Notes under the pieces: model-generated | Database searches by the model: none | What the model saw: the letters and a program-made list of their open reading frames with translations, nothing else | What the model was told of the DNA's origin: nothing | Assembly: GCA_021513715.1 (NCBI GenBank) | Contig: CP084167.1 | Location: 3,072,001 to 3,136,000 of the forward strand | Source: Candidatus Heimdallarchaeum endolithica | GTDB lineage: Archaea > Asgardarchaeota > Heimdallarchaeia > Heimdallarchaeales > Heimdallarchaeaceae | Direction of reading: 5' to 3' | Length of the DNA stretch: 64,000 nucleotides | Part shown: positions 37,956-47,867 of the stretch, piece after piece | Position numbering within the stretch: position 1 is the first letter of the stretch | How the letters are laid out: each line of letters opens with the position of its first letter | Translations under genes and position numbers: made by a program

Positions 37956-40031
37956 TTGGTGATTGATATAGCTCACGAGAAAATAATAATAGGAGCTGAC
38001 ATCGTTCCTCAGACATCCGCATCAAAGAATCCACACTATGCAGTATGTGTATATGATGGGATTAAGGAGAAAGTAATTGATTCATTTGAAAACGTTAATT
38101 TTCATAAATTGATAAGCATAATCCAGAAAACACAAGCCAATTTTCTTGCAACAGATAATGTTTATGAACTAGTTTCTTCTCCCTCTTATTTGCCTTATCT
38201 TTGTATTCAATTATCTCCAAGCACTAAACTTGTTCAAGTAACAGGTAGCCCTATTCATGGTTTTACTCCCTTAACTAAATTAATGAGAAAATATGGGCTA
38301 GAAGTTACAGGAAAACCTGCTCCTAGTGAATCAGCAAAGGCATGTGCAATACTGGCAAACAAAAAAATAGGTTACCGTGTTGAACCCTTTGAAGATGAAA
38401 CAAAAATAGTTGTTTCACGCTCTAGGTCAAAAGGAGCTGGAGGTTGGTCTCAAGGACGGTATGGTAGGTTGTATGATACTAGTGTTCTTCAAGTAGCTAA
38501 CGAGGTTGAAACAGTATTAAAAGAACATGATATTGACTATGATAAACACATCACAAAAAGCAAATATGGAGCAAAAAAAGTAGTTTTTGACGCTTATAGT
38601 CCATTAAACCAAGTGCTATCAATTATAAAAAATAAAAAAGGAGAATTGTGTCAAGTTAAGATTTTTCCAGTGAATAAAGAGCATGTAGAATTTATTCCGT
38701 TAAGTCAAGAAGTTACTCTTAAGCCTAAATTGAAAAGGCTGATAGTAGGTATTGATCCAGGATTAACAGTTGGGTTATCTATTCTAGATCTTCGAGGAAA
38801 AGTTTTGAAAACCTTATCTTTACGCCAAGCAAGTAGGGGGCACGTTATTAGAGCTATTACTAAATTTGGAAAACCCACTTTGGTTTGTTGTGATGTTTAC
38901 CCTTATCCTAGTTATGTGGAAAAGATTGCAGGAAACCTAAATGGAAAATTATTTGCCCCTAGATCAATTTTAACAGTAGCTGAAAAAAATAGAATCGCAA
39001 GGCAATTGGCGATAGAGCAAGGGATTGTAATAAAAGATGCTCATCAAAGAGATTCTTTAGCTGCTGCTTTTAGTGGGTATAAAAAATATAGAGAACAGTT
39101 TTCAAAAGTGGATGAAAAGTATTTACACGAATTTGATAAAAATCTAAGAGATGAAATTAAGGATCTATTAGTTAGAGGAAGAAGTTTAAACGATTCTGTA
39201 GACTATATCAGAAAAGAGTTAGAAAAAGAAAAGAAGAAAGAAGAAAAGATAATCACAATAGAAGAAATTAAAGATATAAAACCAGAAAAAGTTCTTGAAG
39301 AGAATAGGAGCTTAAAAGAGAGAATTAATTTACTAGAAAAACAACTGGAAGAAGAAAAAAGTAAAAATGCTGAAATTTTTTCTGAAAATGAAGAACTAAA
39401 AAGAGAAATAGACTACCTTAGAGACAAATTAGCACAAGGAAAAGAAAAATATATTAGGGGTCTTTACAAAGAAAAAATCTTTTTACAAAAAGACAGTCTA
39501 ATAAATTCATTGAAAGAAAAAAATAAAGCACTAAAAGATGAACTTGACTTCTATGCTGCAAAAATTGATGAGCTAAAAAGAATAGTATGGTTACGAACAA
39601 ATGAAAACTGGGTGGCTCTAAAAGTCATAAAAAAGTTTACTCAGGAAGAAATAGAAAAAACAAATGAAATACATGAATTAAGGCCAGGGGATATTGTTTA
39701 TATCCTTAATACAACTGGAGGCGGAGGGCAAACAGCTGAATTACTAGTAAAATATAAAATCAAAGCTATAATAGGAGACATAGAAAATTTGTCTTATTAT
39801 GCTAAAACAAAATTCATGAAATACCAGATTCCTCTAATTGATAGAGAAAGAGTTAACCCGTTAAGAATGGATGAAATTGCAATAATTGAAGAAAAAGAAA
39901 TTGATGATGCTATAGAGAAAGCAAGAAAAGAATTAGAGCAAATAATTATTAAAGAAAAAGAGTCTATACTTGAAAATCTAGTTGATGAATACAGAAAAGA
40001 GAGAAAAAGAGAATTAGGAGAAAATATATAG
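37956..40031 (+). CDS. DUF460 protein (RNase H-fold domains plus coiled coil)
   Basis: ATDNVYEL, GGWSQGRY, IVGIDPG, HQRDSLAAA, long coiled coil. Confidence 0.88.
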   Translation: MVIDIAHEKIIIGADIVPQTSASKNPHYAVCVYDGIKEKVIDSFENVNFHKLISIIQKTQANFLATDNVYELVSSPSYLPYLCIQLSPSTKLVQVTGSPIHGFTPLTKLMRKYGLEVTGKPAPSESAKACAILANKKIGYRVEPFEDETKIVVSRSRSKGAGGWSQGRYGRLYDTSVLQVANEVETVLKEHDIDYDKHITKSKYGAKKVVFDAYSPLNQVLSIIKNKKGELCQVKIFPVNKEHVEFIPLSQEVTLKPKLKRLIVGIDPGLTVGLSILDLRGKVLKTLSLRQASRGHVIRAITKFGKPTLVCCDVYPYPSYVEKIAGNLNGKLFAPRSILTVAEKNRIARQLAIEQGIVIKDAHQRDSLAAAFSGYKKYREQFSKVDEKYLHEFDKNLRDEIKDLLVRGRSLNDSVDYIRKELEKEKKKEEKIITIEEIKDIKPEKVLEENRSLKERINLLEKQLEEEKSKNAEIFSENEELKREIDYLRDKLAQGKEKYIRGLYKEKIFLQKDSLINSLKEKNKALKDELDFYAAKIDELKRIVWLRTNENWVALKVIKKFTQEEIEKTNEIHELRPGDIVYILNTTGGGGQTAELLVKYKIKAIIGDIENLSYYAKTKFMKYQIPLIDRERVNPLRMDEIAIIEEKEIDDAIEKARKELEQIIIKEKESILENLVDEYRKERKRELGENI

Positions 40032-40085
40032 TTATTCACAAAGAAAAGTCTAAACCATCAAATTTTAAATCTAAAGATGTAAATA

Positions 40086-40111
40086 ACCTAGGAAAATTGA
40101 AAGTCCTAGGT
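40086..40111. terminator. Inverted repeat ACCTAGGA-N10-TCCTAGGT between convergent genes
   Basis: 8-bp perfect stem just past the LSm stop codon. Confidence 0.4.
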
Positions 40112-40129
40112 CGAGAAGTTAATTTGAAA

Positions 40130-40375
40130 TTAAGCAGGATAATCTTCTATATTAACTTGAACAAACAAAATATTGTTTCCACGAACAAAAATATCTCCAT
40201 AAGAGGCTACTTCTTCATTTTCTATGATTTCAGTACTTTCACGAAGCCAAACATTCATGTTTTGGTCGAAAGAGACTAGTTTTCCTTTATATCTCACGTT
40301 GTCTTTTAGTCTAATAATTACTTGTTTATTTAATGCTTTTCTCAAGCTGTTAACTGGAATGCTGCTCATACTCAT
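40130..40375 (-). CDS. Sm-like archaeal protein (LSm/SmAP)
   Basis: Sm1 GKLVSFDQNMNVWL and Sm2 FVRGNNI. Confidence 0.93.
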   Translation of the reverse strand: MSMSSIPVNSLRKALNKQVIIRLKDNVRYKGKLVSFDQNMNVWLRESTEIIENEEVASYGDIFVRGNNILFVQVNIEDYPA

Positions 40376-40515
40376 TATTTTTCACTCTCAATAAAATCTA
40401 AACATTAATTATTCATCGACTTTTCAGAATCTATAAAAAGCTTTTTGTTAAATACCGATTTTACTTTGTATCTAAACTTGTTTCGTGACTTTTTTCTAGT
40501 TGATAAAACTATTTT

Positions 40516-42006
40516 TTACAAGTCGAAATTTTTTGCCACTTGTTCTAAATTCTTTGTTTCAAGATTTTTGGTTATTCTCTCTCTTATTTTTACGTAAATT
40601 GGGTGGTTAACAGCATTTCCAACTACAATTGCTTCTCCTACTCCAAGTGTGGTGATAGAGTTCAAAGTATCTCTATCAATACCCTCACTAGTTCTTCCTA
40701 TGAATTCAAGATCGTAAGGATTCATTATTTTCATAATAATTTGGGTGTTACACTGACTAAGGGTGGTAGTAGAAAGATTTACCGGCCTCTGACTGATGAG
40801 TATCAAGGAAATGAAAAACTTTCTTCCTTCTCTTGCTATGGTGTTTATTATAGGCCTTGAGATAGCTAAACTCAGTTTACTTTCTGGAGCAAACTGATGT
40901 GCTTCTTCTAATATTACTGAAACAGGAGGAATCTCTGATTTCTTTCTTAATTCAAATAACCGCGAAAGAGTATAGGATACAATCATCTGTTTCTGTCTTA
41001 AACTAGTGAAATCACTTAAGTCAATAATTAACAATTTTCCTGGTTTAGTTTTTTCCTTTAAATTAGGGAATTCCTTTACACCGAAAAGTTTTGTTTTTTC
41101 TAATTCAAACAACCATCCATTAAGAGCATCTTTAGTTCGCTGATTCATTCGTTCATCATTTTCTATTTCTTCCATAATATCAGAAATTGTGTAACTAACA
41201 CCTTTTTTCACTTTTTCATTATACATTCTCCCAAGAACAACATATAATTCTCTTAATTGTACTGGACTAATGTCTGGCTGAAAATTTGCAAATTGAGCTG
41301 CAGAAATAGAGTGTGTTGCAAATTGAATGTAACTAGCAGATATAACTTCTATTTGTTCGTTTATTTTTGCTCCTGTTTCTTTCAGTCCCTTATATTCTCC
41401 ATGAACATCAAACAAAATAGTAGCTATTCTACCTTGTTCTTTCTTTCTGTTCAGTAGCTCTTCCAAAAGAACAGAAACTGTATAAGATTTTCCTGCTCCA
41501 CTTATTGCAAGTATAGCTAAATGTTTTTGCAGAAATCTGGTGAGGTTCAATTTTACTTTTATATCATGATGCTCCAACTTTCCAATATATAAACCATTAT
41601 CCTGATCTAGGCCTAAAAATTTTGAAAGTAAGTTCGAATCTGCCAGAAAAACGTTGTCTCCTGGACTAACTGGGTATTGTAATCGTTTTACTCCTTGTTT
41701 AGTATGAATACCTAACGCTTTTGCTTTAGCAATAATATATTCCCAACTATCAGCAGGAAAAATAGAAGCTAGTGTCTTTCCACTTGTTTCATAAGCTTTT
41801 ACTGCGGAAGGAGAAGAAAAGTATCTGTTCGTTTTTATAATATCTTTTACTTGGGCTATTACTTTTCCTTCTTCTTCTGGTGTGTCCACTACGATGTACA
41901 TATCTCTTTTTAACTGAAAATCTTTACTATCCTTCGTTATCACAAAATGGAATTCAGAAGGATTAGGGGTGGTTTGTGTTACTATTACTGTTCCTATCAT
42001 TTTCAT
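40516..42006 (-). CDS. herA: HerA DNA-repair helicase/ATPase
   Basis: HAS barrel, HLAILAISGAGKS, DVHGEY, LEEAH, REGRKF, SQRP. Adjacent to nurA. Confidence 0.9.
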   Translation of the reverse strand: MKMIGTVIVTQTTPNPSEFHFVITKDSKDFQLKRDMYIVVDTPEEEGKVIAQVKDIIKTNRYFSSPSAVKAYETSGKTLASIFPADSWEYIIAKAKALGIHTKQGVKRLQYPVSPGDNVFLADSNLLSKFLGLDQDNGLYIGKLEHHDIKVKLNLTRFLQKHLAILAISGAGKSYTVSVLLEELLNRKKEQGRIATILFDVHGEYKGLKETGAKINEQIEVISASYIQFATHSISAAQFANFQPDISPVQLRELYVVLGRMYNEKVKKGVSYTISDIMEEIENDERMNQRTKDALNGWLFELEKTKLFGVKEFPNLKEKTKPGKLLIIDLSDFTSLRQKQMIVSYTLSRLFELRKKSEIPPVSVILEEAHQFAPESKLSLAISRPIINTIAREGRKFFISLILISQRPVNLSTTTLSQCNTQIIMKIMNPYDLEFIGRTSEGIDRDTLNSITTLGVGEAIVVGNAVNHPIYVKIRERITKNLETKNLEQVAKNFDL

Positions 42007-42010
42007 TTTA

Positions 42011-43153
42011 CTAACTCCACGGATTTCTTGCTCTTCTTTTTTGGAGCGAAAAACTAGAATAACCTATTCTTGAAGATATTTCATCAATCAAAATATCTGC
42101 ATCGTCTTCTCTTATTTTAGCTCTAGCATCAGCTTCTATTATTACGCTTGGCAAACCATATTCAGGATGAAAAGTTGAAATAGAACAAATTAGAGAAGAA
42201 ATTGTTTGAGCTAGATTCGTACTGTCAGAAAATAGGACGGGAAACTCGACTCTAAGTGGGGTATCATATTCTGCTGTTTTAAGATAAAAAAAGTGTATGT
42301 CGAAGTCTTCTAAATCTTTTTCATACTCATTAAATTTACTCAGATGCGATTCAAATGTTCTCTCATTTATATCTAAAACGTTGAATAGTAAATCTGTATC
42401 TCGTAATTGTTTGATAATAGGTCTGTAGTCAATATCTAATAATTCTTTGAATTCTGGTCTTTTACTTAAATGAGGAAGAATTAAAGATAGTTTTCTAGTT
42501 AGTATAGCAGACCTAGAATCTTTTATCACTCCACAAAGTAAACAACGCTTTTTTCGAGAAAGAGTATACAGTCTCCTATAAAGAGCTTTAAGCCTAAGAT
42601 ATTGGGAAAAAAGAAATTCATTACCTTGGATACTTTTAACATCAATAACAGGTAATACAGAACCGTCCAAAATCAGAATATCTGGAGAATCATTTTCAAG
42701 TAAATCAATGGCACAGCGTATTTCTTTTTGTATTCGCCATAAAGCAATAAGATAATCTATCTCATTTTGAGCCAAAGGTTCAACACTTGTTAAAATATCT
42801 GGAAAAGGATTTTTCTCTGGAAAATACTTTACTTTTGGTTTTTCATCTTTGTTGTGATAGAATAGCACACCTACAGCTCTAATAAGTGCAACATCAAAAA
42901 AGTTCATGCTTCTGTGTATTATTCCTCCGTCTACTCCTGCGTATTTTAGACCTGTAGTAGACGATTGTGGAACTCGAATAATAAAACTTGTGTCCTTTGT
43001 ATTAAATTGAAAAGCTTCAGGAAAAATAGAAGGATCCAGTTGATACTTAACTTTTCTAAATAAATCTTGGAATAATTTTCTGTGTTTATTGTATTCCTTA
43101 ATTACTTTAATTATGTTGCTTATAGCTTGTTCTAAATTCTTTTTTTCGCTCAA
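42011..43153 (-). CDS. nurA: NurA nuclease
   Basis: AGVDGG, ILDGS, GVIKDS, YGLPSVIIEAD..AK. Confidence 0.9.
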   Translation of the reverse strand: MSEKKNLEQAISNIIKVIKEYNKHRKLFQDLFRKVKYQLDPSIFPEAFQFNTKDTSFIIRVPQSSTTGLKYAGVDGGIIHRSMNFFDVALIRAVGVLFYHNKDEKPKVKYFPEKNPFPDILTSVEPLAQNEIDYLIALWRIQKEIRCAIDLLENDSPDILILDGSVLPVIDVKSIQGNEFLFSQYLRLKALYRRLYTLSRKKRCLLCGVIKDSRSAILTRKLSLILPHLSKRPEFKELLDIDYRPIIKQLRDTDLLFNVLDINERTFESHLSKFNEYEKDLEDFDIHFFYLKTAEYDTPLRVEFPVLFSDSTNLAQTISSLICSISTFHPEYGLPSVIIEADARAKIREDDADILIDEISSRIGYSSFSLQKRRARNPWS

Positions 43154-43213
43154 TTCTAGTTGTACTACGAGAAAATACTATATAAACTCAACTAGAAAAA
43201 GAAAAAAGAATTA

Positions 43214-44821
43214 TTATTGTTTATTTTTTAAAACTCTAGAAATAAAGTAATAATATGGAGGAGAAGGTTTTTTTGGTTTAGAATTAAATTCAGGGTGAAA
43301 TTGAGTGGCAATAAAGTTGGGATTGTCTTTATATTCTAAAGTTTCCATTCTTCTTCCATCTTCAGATTTGCCTGAAAAATGCAATCCTTGTTTTTCTAAA
43401 TCTTGAATAAATTGAGGATTAACTTCATATCTATGTCTGTGTCTTTCTACACAAAAATCAGAATTATACATCGAATGAAAAATGGAATCTTTCTTTAAAA
43501 GAACTTTATGTGCTCCTAAACGCATTGTTCCTCCTTTCTTATGGATACTATGCTGTTCTGGTAAAAGATCAATTACTGGGTAGAGTGTTTTTTCGTCTAC
43601 TTCAGTTGTATGGGCTTTATCCATATTACAAACATTTCTTGCGAACTCTACGACACTTAACTGAAAACCGAAACATACTCCTAAAAATGGTAGTTTATTT
43701 TCTCTTGCAAATTTTATAATATTGATTTTTCCTTCTACCCCTCTAGAACCAAATCCCCCTGGAACAAGAATTCCATCATATTTTAATAATTCATGAAATG
43801 GTTTTTCTTCTGTTTCAAATCTCTCTGAAGAGATGAATTCAACATTTACCTTGGTATTATTGGCTATACCAGCATGCATTAGTGCCTCTTTTATGCTTAT
43901 ATATGAGTCTGCTAGACGTGTATATTTTCCGATAATCGCAATTGTAACTTCATTCTCTGCATTCAAGAGTTTTTCTATTATTTTTTCGTCTTCCATCCAG
44001 TTTGCTTTAACATTTTCATAATTTAATATCCAATTAAGAGTTGAACCGAAACCTTGTTTATCTAAATAAATAGGTGCTCTTAAGACAGTGTCTAAATCAG
44101 GAAGAGAAAAAACAGCATTCGCTGGAACATCGCAAAACATAACTATTTTCTCTTTAGCTTCTTCAGTAAGATCTTGTTCTCCTCTGGCTATAATTATATC
44201 AGGAGTTAAACCCATAGATTGTAATTCTCTAACAGCATGTTGAGTAGGTTTGGTTTTTAACTCTTTTAGATTGGGCGGTTTCATGACATAAGTAAGAAGA
44301 ATAAGAGCCGTGTCTTCCTTTGGTGTTTCTCTTCTTAATTGTCGAATAGCTTCTAAAAAAGGTTGAGATTCAATATCTCCTATTGTTCCCCCCACTTCTA
44401 TAATCAAAACATCAATATCTTTATTATTTTTAGCCACTTTTTTTATTCTAGCTTTGATTTCATCAGTTATATGCGGAATAACTTGAACAGTTTTTCCTAG
44501 GAAATCTCCTCTCCTTTCAGCTTCAATAACAGAAAGGTATACTTGTCCCGTAGTGATATTTTGTTCTGCTTTCATTTCTAAATCTAGCATTCTCTCATAA
44601 TGGCCAAAGTCAACATCAAGTTCTGCTCCATCAGCTGTAACATATGTTTCTCCGTGTTCAAAGGGATTCATTGTTCCAGCATCAATGTTTAGATAAGGGT
44701 CGATCTTAATAACGTTAATTTTTTTTCCCCTAATTTGTAAATTACGACCAACTGAAGAAGTAACGATACCTTTCCCTAATCCTGATATCAGAGCTCCGCA
44801 AACAAAAACATATTTGGGCAT
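43214..44821 (-). CDS. pyrG: CTP synthase
   Basis: SGLGKG, KIDPYLN, KTKPTQH, PGGFG, GVCFG, RHRHRYE, QFHPEF. Confidence 0.97.
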   Translation of the reverse strand: MPKYVFVCGALISGLGKGIVTSSVGRNLQIRGKKINVIKIDPYLNIDAGTMNPFEHGETYVTADGAELDVDFGHYERMLDLEMKAEQNITTGQVYLSVIEAERRGDFLGKTVQVIPHITDEIKARIKKVAKNNKDIDVLIIEVGGTIGDIESQPFLEAIRQLRRETPKEDTALILLTYVMKPPNLKELKTKPTQHAVRELQSMGLTPDIIIARGEQDLTEEAKEKIVMFCDVPANAVFSLPDLDTVLRAPIYLDKQGFGSTLNWILNYENVKANWMEDEKIIEKLLNAENEVTIAIIGKYTRLADSYISIKEALMHAGIANNTKVNVEFISSERFETEEKPFHELLKYDGILVPGGFGSRGVEGKINIIKFARENKLPFLGVCFGFQLSVVEFARNVCNMDKAHTTEVDEKTLYPVIDLLPEQHSIHKKGGTMRLGAHKVLLKKDSIFHSMYNSDFCVERHRHRYEVNPQFIQDLEKQGLHFSGKSEDGRRMETLEYKDNPNFIATQFHPEFNSKPKKPSPPYYYFISRVLKNKQ

Positions 44822-44986
44822 ATTCTTTGTTAACCAGAAACGTAAATAAATTTATCTACAAAGAATTATTTAAGAAAAAATATTGTTATTTTGATTACTT
44901 TTGGAAATTTTTTACGATTTATGCTTTTTTAGAAACAATGATATCAATTAATTTCAACTTTCTTCTAAAAAAAGTACAAAAACAGT

Positions 44987-45526
44987 TTATCCAACCATTA
45001 TTTTCCACTTTTCTACAGCATCAGCTACAATGTTATACAACCATTTTTCTTCAACAGTTAAGTTCCTAATTGTACTTGTAATGTTCTTTGATTTAGTGCC
45101 CATATTAATAACTTTATTTAGCCTTAATGTCATTAACTCACGTAACTCAATTTCTAGTCTCTCTAATTCCCTAAATGAAATAGTTTTTTGTTCCTTAAAT
45201 TCTTCAATAGTTTTTTTAGCTATAATGTAAAAAAAGGGGTCTATAGGCTGTAAAGCCTTCTTTGTTTTTTCTTTTTCTGTAAGAAAGTGAACTGAACTGA
45301 GATTAAATTTTTTTAAGAAATCATATTCCACTAATCCCTCTTTATGGAGCATGTAAGCAATCCAAAAAGGAATCTGAAGAACTGAACCTTTCTGTAATTT
45401 GATTTTTTTTCCACCTATATCAAATTCTCCTCTTGATTCTAAGCACTTAACTTCTACTTTTTTTTCTTCAAAATCATGTTGTAATCTTTCAAGTTCTTTT
45501 AATACTTCATCTTTTGTTAAATGCAT
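44987..45526 (-). CDS. GINS subunit (Gins23/Psf2-like)
   Basis: B-domain IPFWIA, LQPIDPFFY, RLNKV, NLTVEEKWLY. Lies downstream of mcm. Confidence 0.8.
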   Translation of the reverse strand: MHLTKDEVLKELERLQHDFEEKKVEVKCLESRGEFDIGGKKIKLQKGSVLQIPFWIAYMLHKEGLVEYDFLKKFNLSSVHFLTEKEKTKKALQPIDPFFYIIAKKTIEEFKEQKTISFRELERLEIELRELMTLRLNKVINMGTKSKNITSTIRNLTVEEKWLYNIVADAVEKWKIMVG

Positions 45527-45566
45527 GCTAATTCTTGATTTGAGTTAATACTTTAGAAGTTTTTGA

Positions 45567-47813
45567 TTAAAAGAAATCATCTAAACTTTTTTGTGAAGAA
45601 GTAGATTCTGATTCTAGTTCAAATTCTGTTTCTAAATCGTTTAATGAAAAGTCTGTTTCTCCAGTGTGAACAAACTTAAGGATGGCTTCAGCTAATTCTT
45701 TACCAAAACGAGGGATTTGAACTAGATCCTCTACCTTGGCTTTTTCTAAATCTTCCAATGATTTATATCCATTGTTATATAATGCTCGAGCACGCACTCT
45801 TCCTATTCCTGGAATTTGGATAAGATCAAGTAGTTCTTCTTTTATACCTACTTTTATCCTTGAATGAAGTTTTTTTATTTTTTTGGCTATTTCTGAATAA
45901 CCTAATAGTTCTGCTAATTCTCCTCCAGAATAGAGGATCCATTCTGCATTAGAAATTATATTGTAAATGTCTCCGCTACCAATTCCATATCTGCTGAGAA
46001 TAGTATCTTCTGGAATTTCATTAATCCAATCTCTTATAACTAAAGCTGTTTTTAATTGGCTCAAAAAAATATCTATTTCAGCGTAGCTAGAAGGGAGTTC
46101 TGTAAGAATCTCGTCTTCATGTTCAGTAACAAAGTTCATTAAAGGAGTCTGATCTAGTTTTCTATAGGTGATAAATCTTACGTCAGGTGTAGAGCAAACA
46201 AGATGAAGAATAGATATATCCGTTACTAATTCTTTAGCCATTCTATTTGCTCGTTCTAACCCTGAACGTATAATTACTGCACTGCTCGGATCTATATATA
46301 ATTCACTTACTCTTTTACCGAATCTAGTCGGTAATAAGAGATCAGGATGGCTTTTAATTAACCCTTCTTCTTTGAAAAAACCTATTACAGATTTTATTAA
46401 AGAAGATAGATTAACTGGATTTTCTTTAAATCCATAAAAAGTATCACTAAAGAAATCAAACAATTCTTCTATAGTTCTTGTTTTTTCAGTGGCTATTTGA
46501 CCTAAAGTTATTCGACGTAAAGCTGGCTCTGAAGCTAATCGTGATTCTATATCTTCTGTGTCTGCAATAATATATCTGGAGTAGAGATCCTGAGCTTCAG
46601 TTTCATTTCTAGCAACAACAATTGCATCACCTTCCTTATCATATTGAGGACGACCAGCTCTTCCAGACTGTTGTTTAAATTCAAGAACAGGAATAGGATG
46701 GCTTCCTATACTTGTACTAAAACGATAAATGCTTTTTATTATCACGAATCTTGCAGGTAGATTTATTCCTGCAGCTAATGTTGGAGTAGAAGTAAGTACT
46801 TTTATGTTTCCTTTTTTAAACTCAATTTCTATTATTCTTCGCTGCATGGGGTTTAAACCTGCATGATGGAATGCTACACCTGATTGGACAAGTTTAGCTA
46901 TTTCTTCTGCTTGCTTTGTTCCAGAACTCTGTTTAATTATTCTTGTAGCTGCCAATGACAAACTCTCTTTCTCTTTCTGTGTTAGAATCTTGTTAACTTT
47001 AGAAGAAACTTTTTTTGCTGTAGTCTCTGCCGTCTTTCTTGTTGTAAGGAAAACAAGTGTTTGATACTTCTTTTTTAGAACATAATCTAGCAAGTTAAGA
47101 AAAGTATCTTTGTATGTTGATGGAATAGAGACATTTTTCAACCCCTTATAAATAATTGTATTTCTGTAAATTACTCCTTCATGCAACTCTACTGGTCTCC
47201 AAGTACTAGATACAAGATTCGCTTCTAACCATCTAGATAATTCATCAGCATTACGAATTGTTGCACTAAGAGCAATTACTTGTACTTCAGGATTTCTCTT
47301 TAGCTGGGCTAAAACAACTTCTAAGGTAGGTCCCCTATTCATACTGTTGATTAAATGAACTTCATCAGAAATAACTAAACCAACTTTTGATAACCATTTA
47401 CTTTTATGCCTTAAGGCTGAATCAATCTTTTCATTGGTAGCTACTATTATATCTGCATAATTAGCTCTATTATCTTCAATATCATAGTCTCCAGTAAGTA
47501 AAATAGTTCTCTTTTTTAATTTAGAAAAAAACTTTTTGAATTCGAGATATTTTTCATAGGCAAGTGCTCTTAACGGAGCAAGGTAAAGAACTTTGTAAGA
47601 AGTCTCTTCTACTTTTTTCACAGCAGCAAGGAGAGCTAAAAGAGTTTTCCCAGAAGCAGTAGGTATCGCTATAACAAGATTATTTCCATCTAATAACCCT
47701 TTTTTAATTGCTTCTGTCTGAGGAGGATAAAGTGAACTGATTCCTTGTTTTTCTAGTTCTTCAATAATTTCTTTAGGAATAGGTAATTCAGCAATCTTCA
47801 TTATGGAACCCAA
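45567..47813 (-). CDS. hel308: Hel308/Hjm Ski2-like DNA helicase
   Basis: LYPPQ, PTASGKT, DEVH, SAT, FHHAGL, TPTLAAGINLPA, GRAGRP, C-terminal HhH. Confidence 0.95.
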   Translation of the reverse strand: MGSIMKIAELPIPKEIIEELEKQGISSLYPPQTEAIKKGLLDGNNLVIAIPTASGKTLLALLAAVKKVEETSYKVLYLAPLRALAYEKYLEFKKFFSKLKKRTILLTGDYDIEDNRANYADIIVATNEKIDSALRHKSKWLSKVGLVISDEVHLINSMNRGPTLEVVLAQLKRNPEVQVIALSATIRNADELSRWLEANLVSSTWRPVELHEGVIYRNTIIYKGLKNVSIPSTYKDTFLNLLDYVLKKKYQTLVFLTTRKTAETTAKKVSSKVNKILTQKEKESLSLAATRIIKQSSGTKQAEEIAKLVQSGVAFHHAGLNPMQRRIIEIEFKKGNIKVLTSTPTLAAGINLPARFVIIKSIYRFSTSIGSHPIPVLEFKQQSGRAGRPQYDKEGDAIVVARNETEAQDLYSRYIIADTEDIESRLASEPALRRITLGQIATEKTRTIEELFDFFSDTFYGFKENPVNLSSLIKSVIGFFKEEGLIKSHPDLLLPTRFGKRVSELYIDPSSAVIIRSGLERANRMAKELVTDISILHLVCSTPDVRFITYRKLDQTPLMNFVTEHEDEILTELPSSYAEIDIFLSQLKTALVIRDWINEIPEDTILSRYGIGSGDIYNIISNAEWILYSGGELAELLGYSEIAKKIKKLHSRIKVGIKEELLDLIQIPGIGRVRARALYNNGYKSLEDLEKAKVEDLVQIPRFGKELAEAILKFVHTGETDFSLNDLETEFELESESTSSQKSLDDFF

Positions 47814-47867
47814 GCTATCTTTAACGACTCTAATTATTATTCTAAATAATTTTTTCTAATAGTTTTT

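Noticed and set aside
40516-43153. HerA-NurA as an anti-phage defence system
   Set aside because: Sequence and housekeeping context fit the canonical archaeal repair pair; there are no Sir2/DUF4297-type partners or island features.
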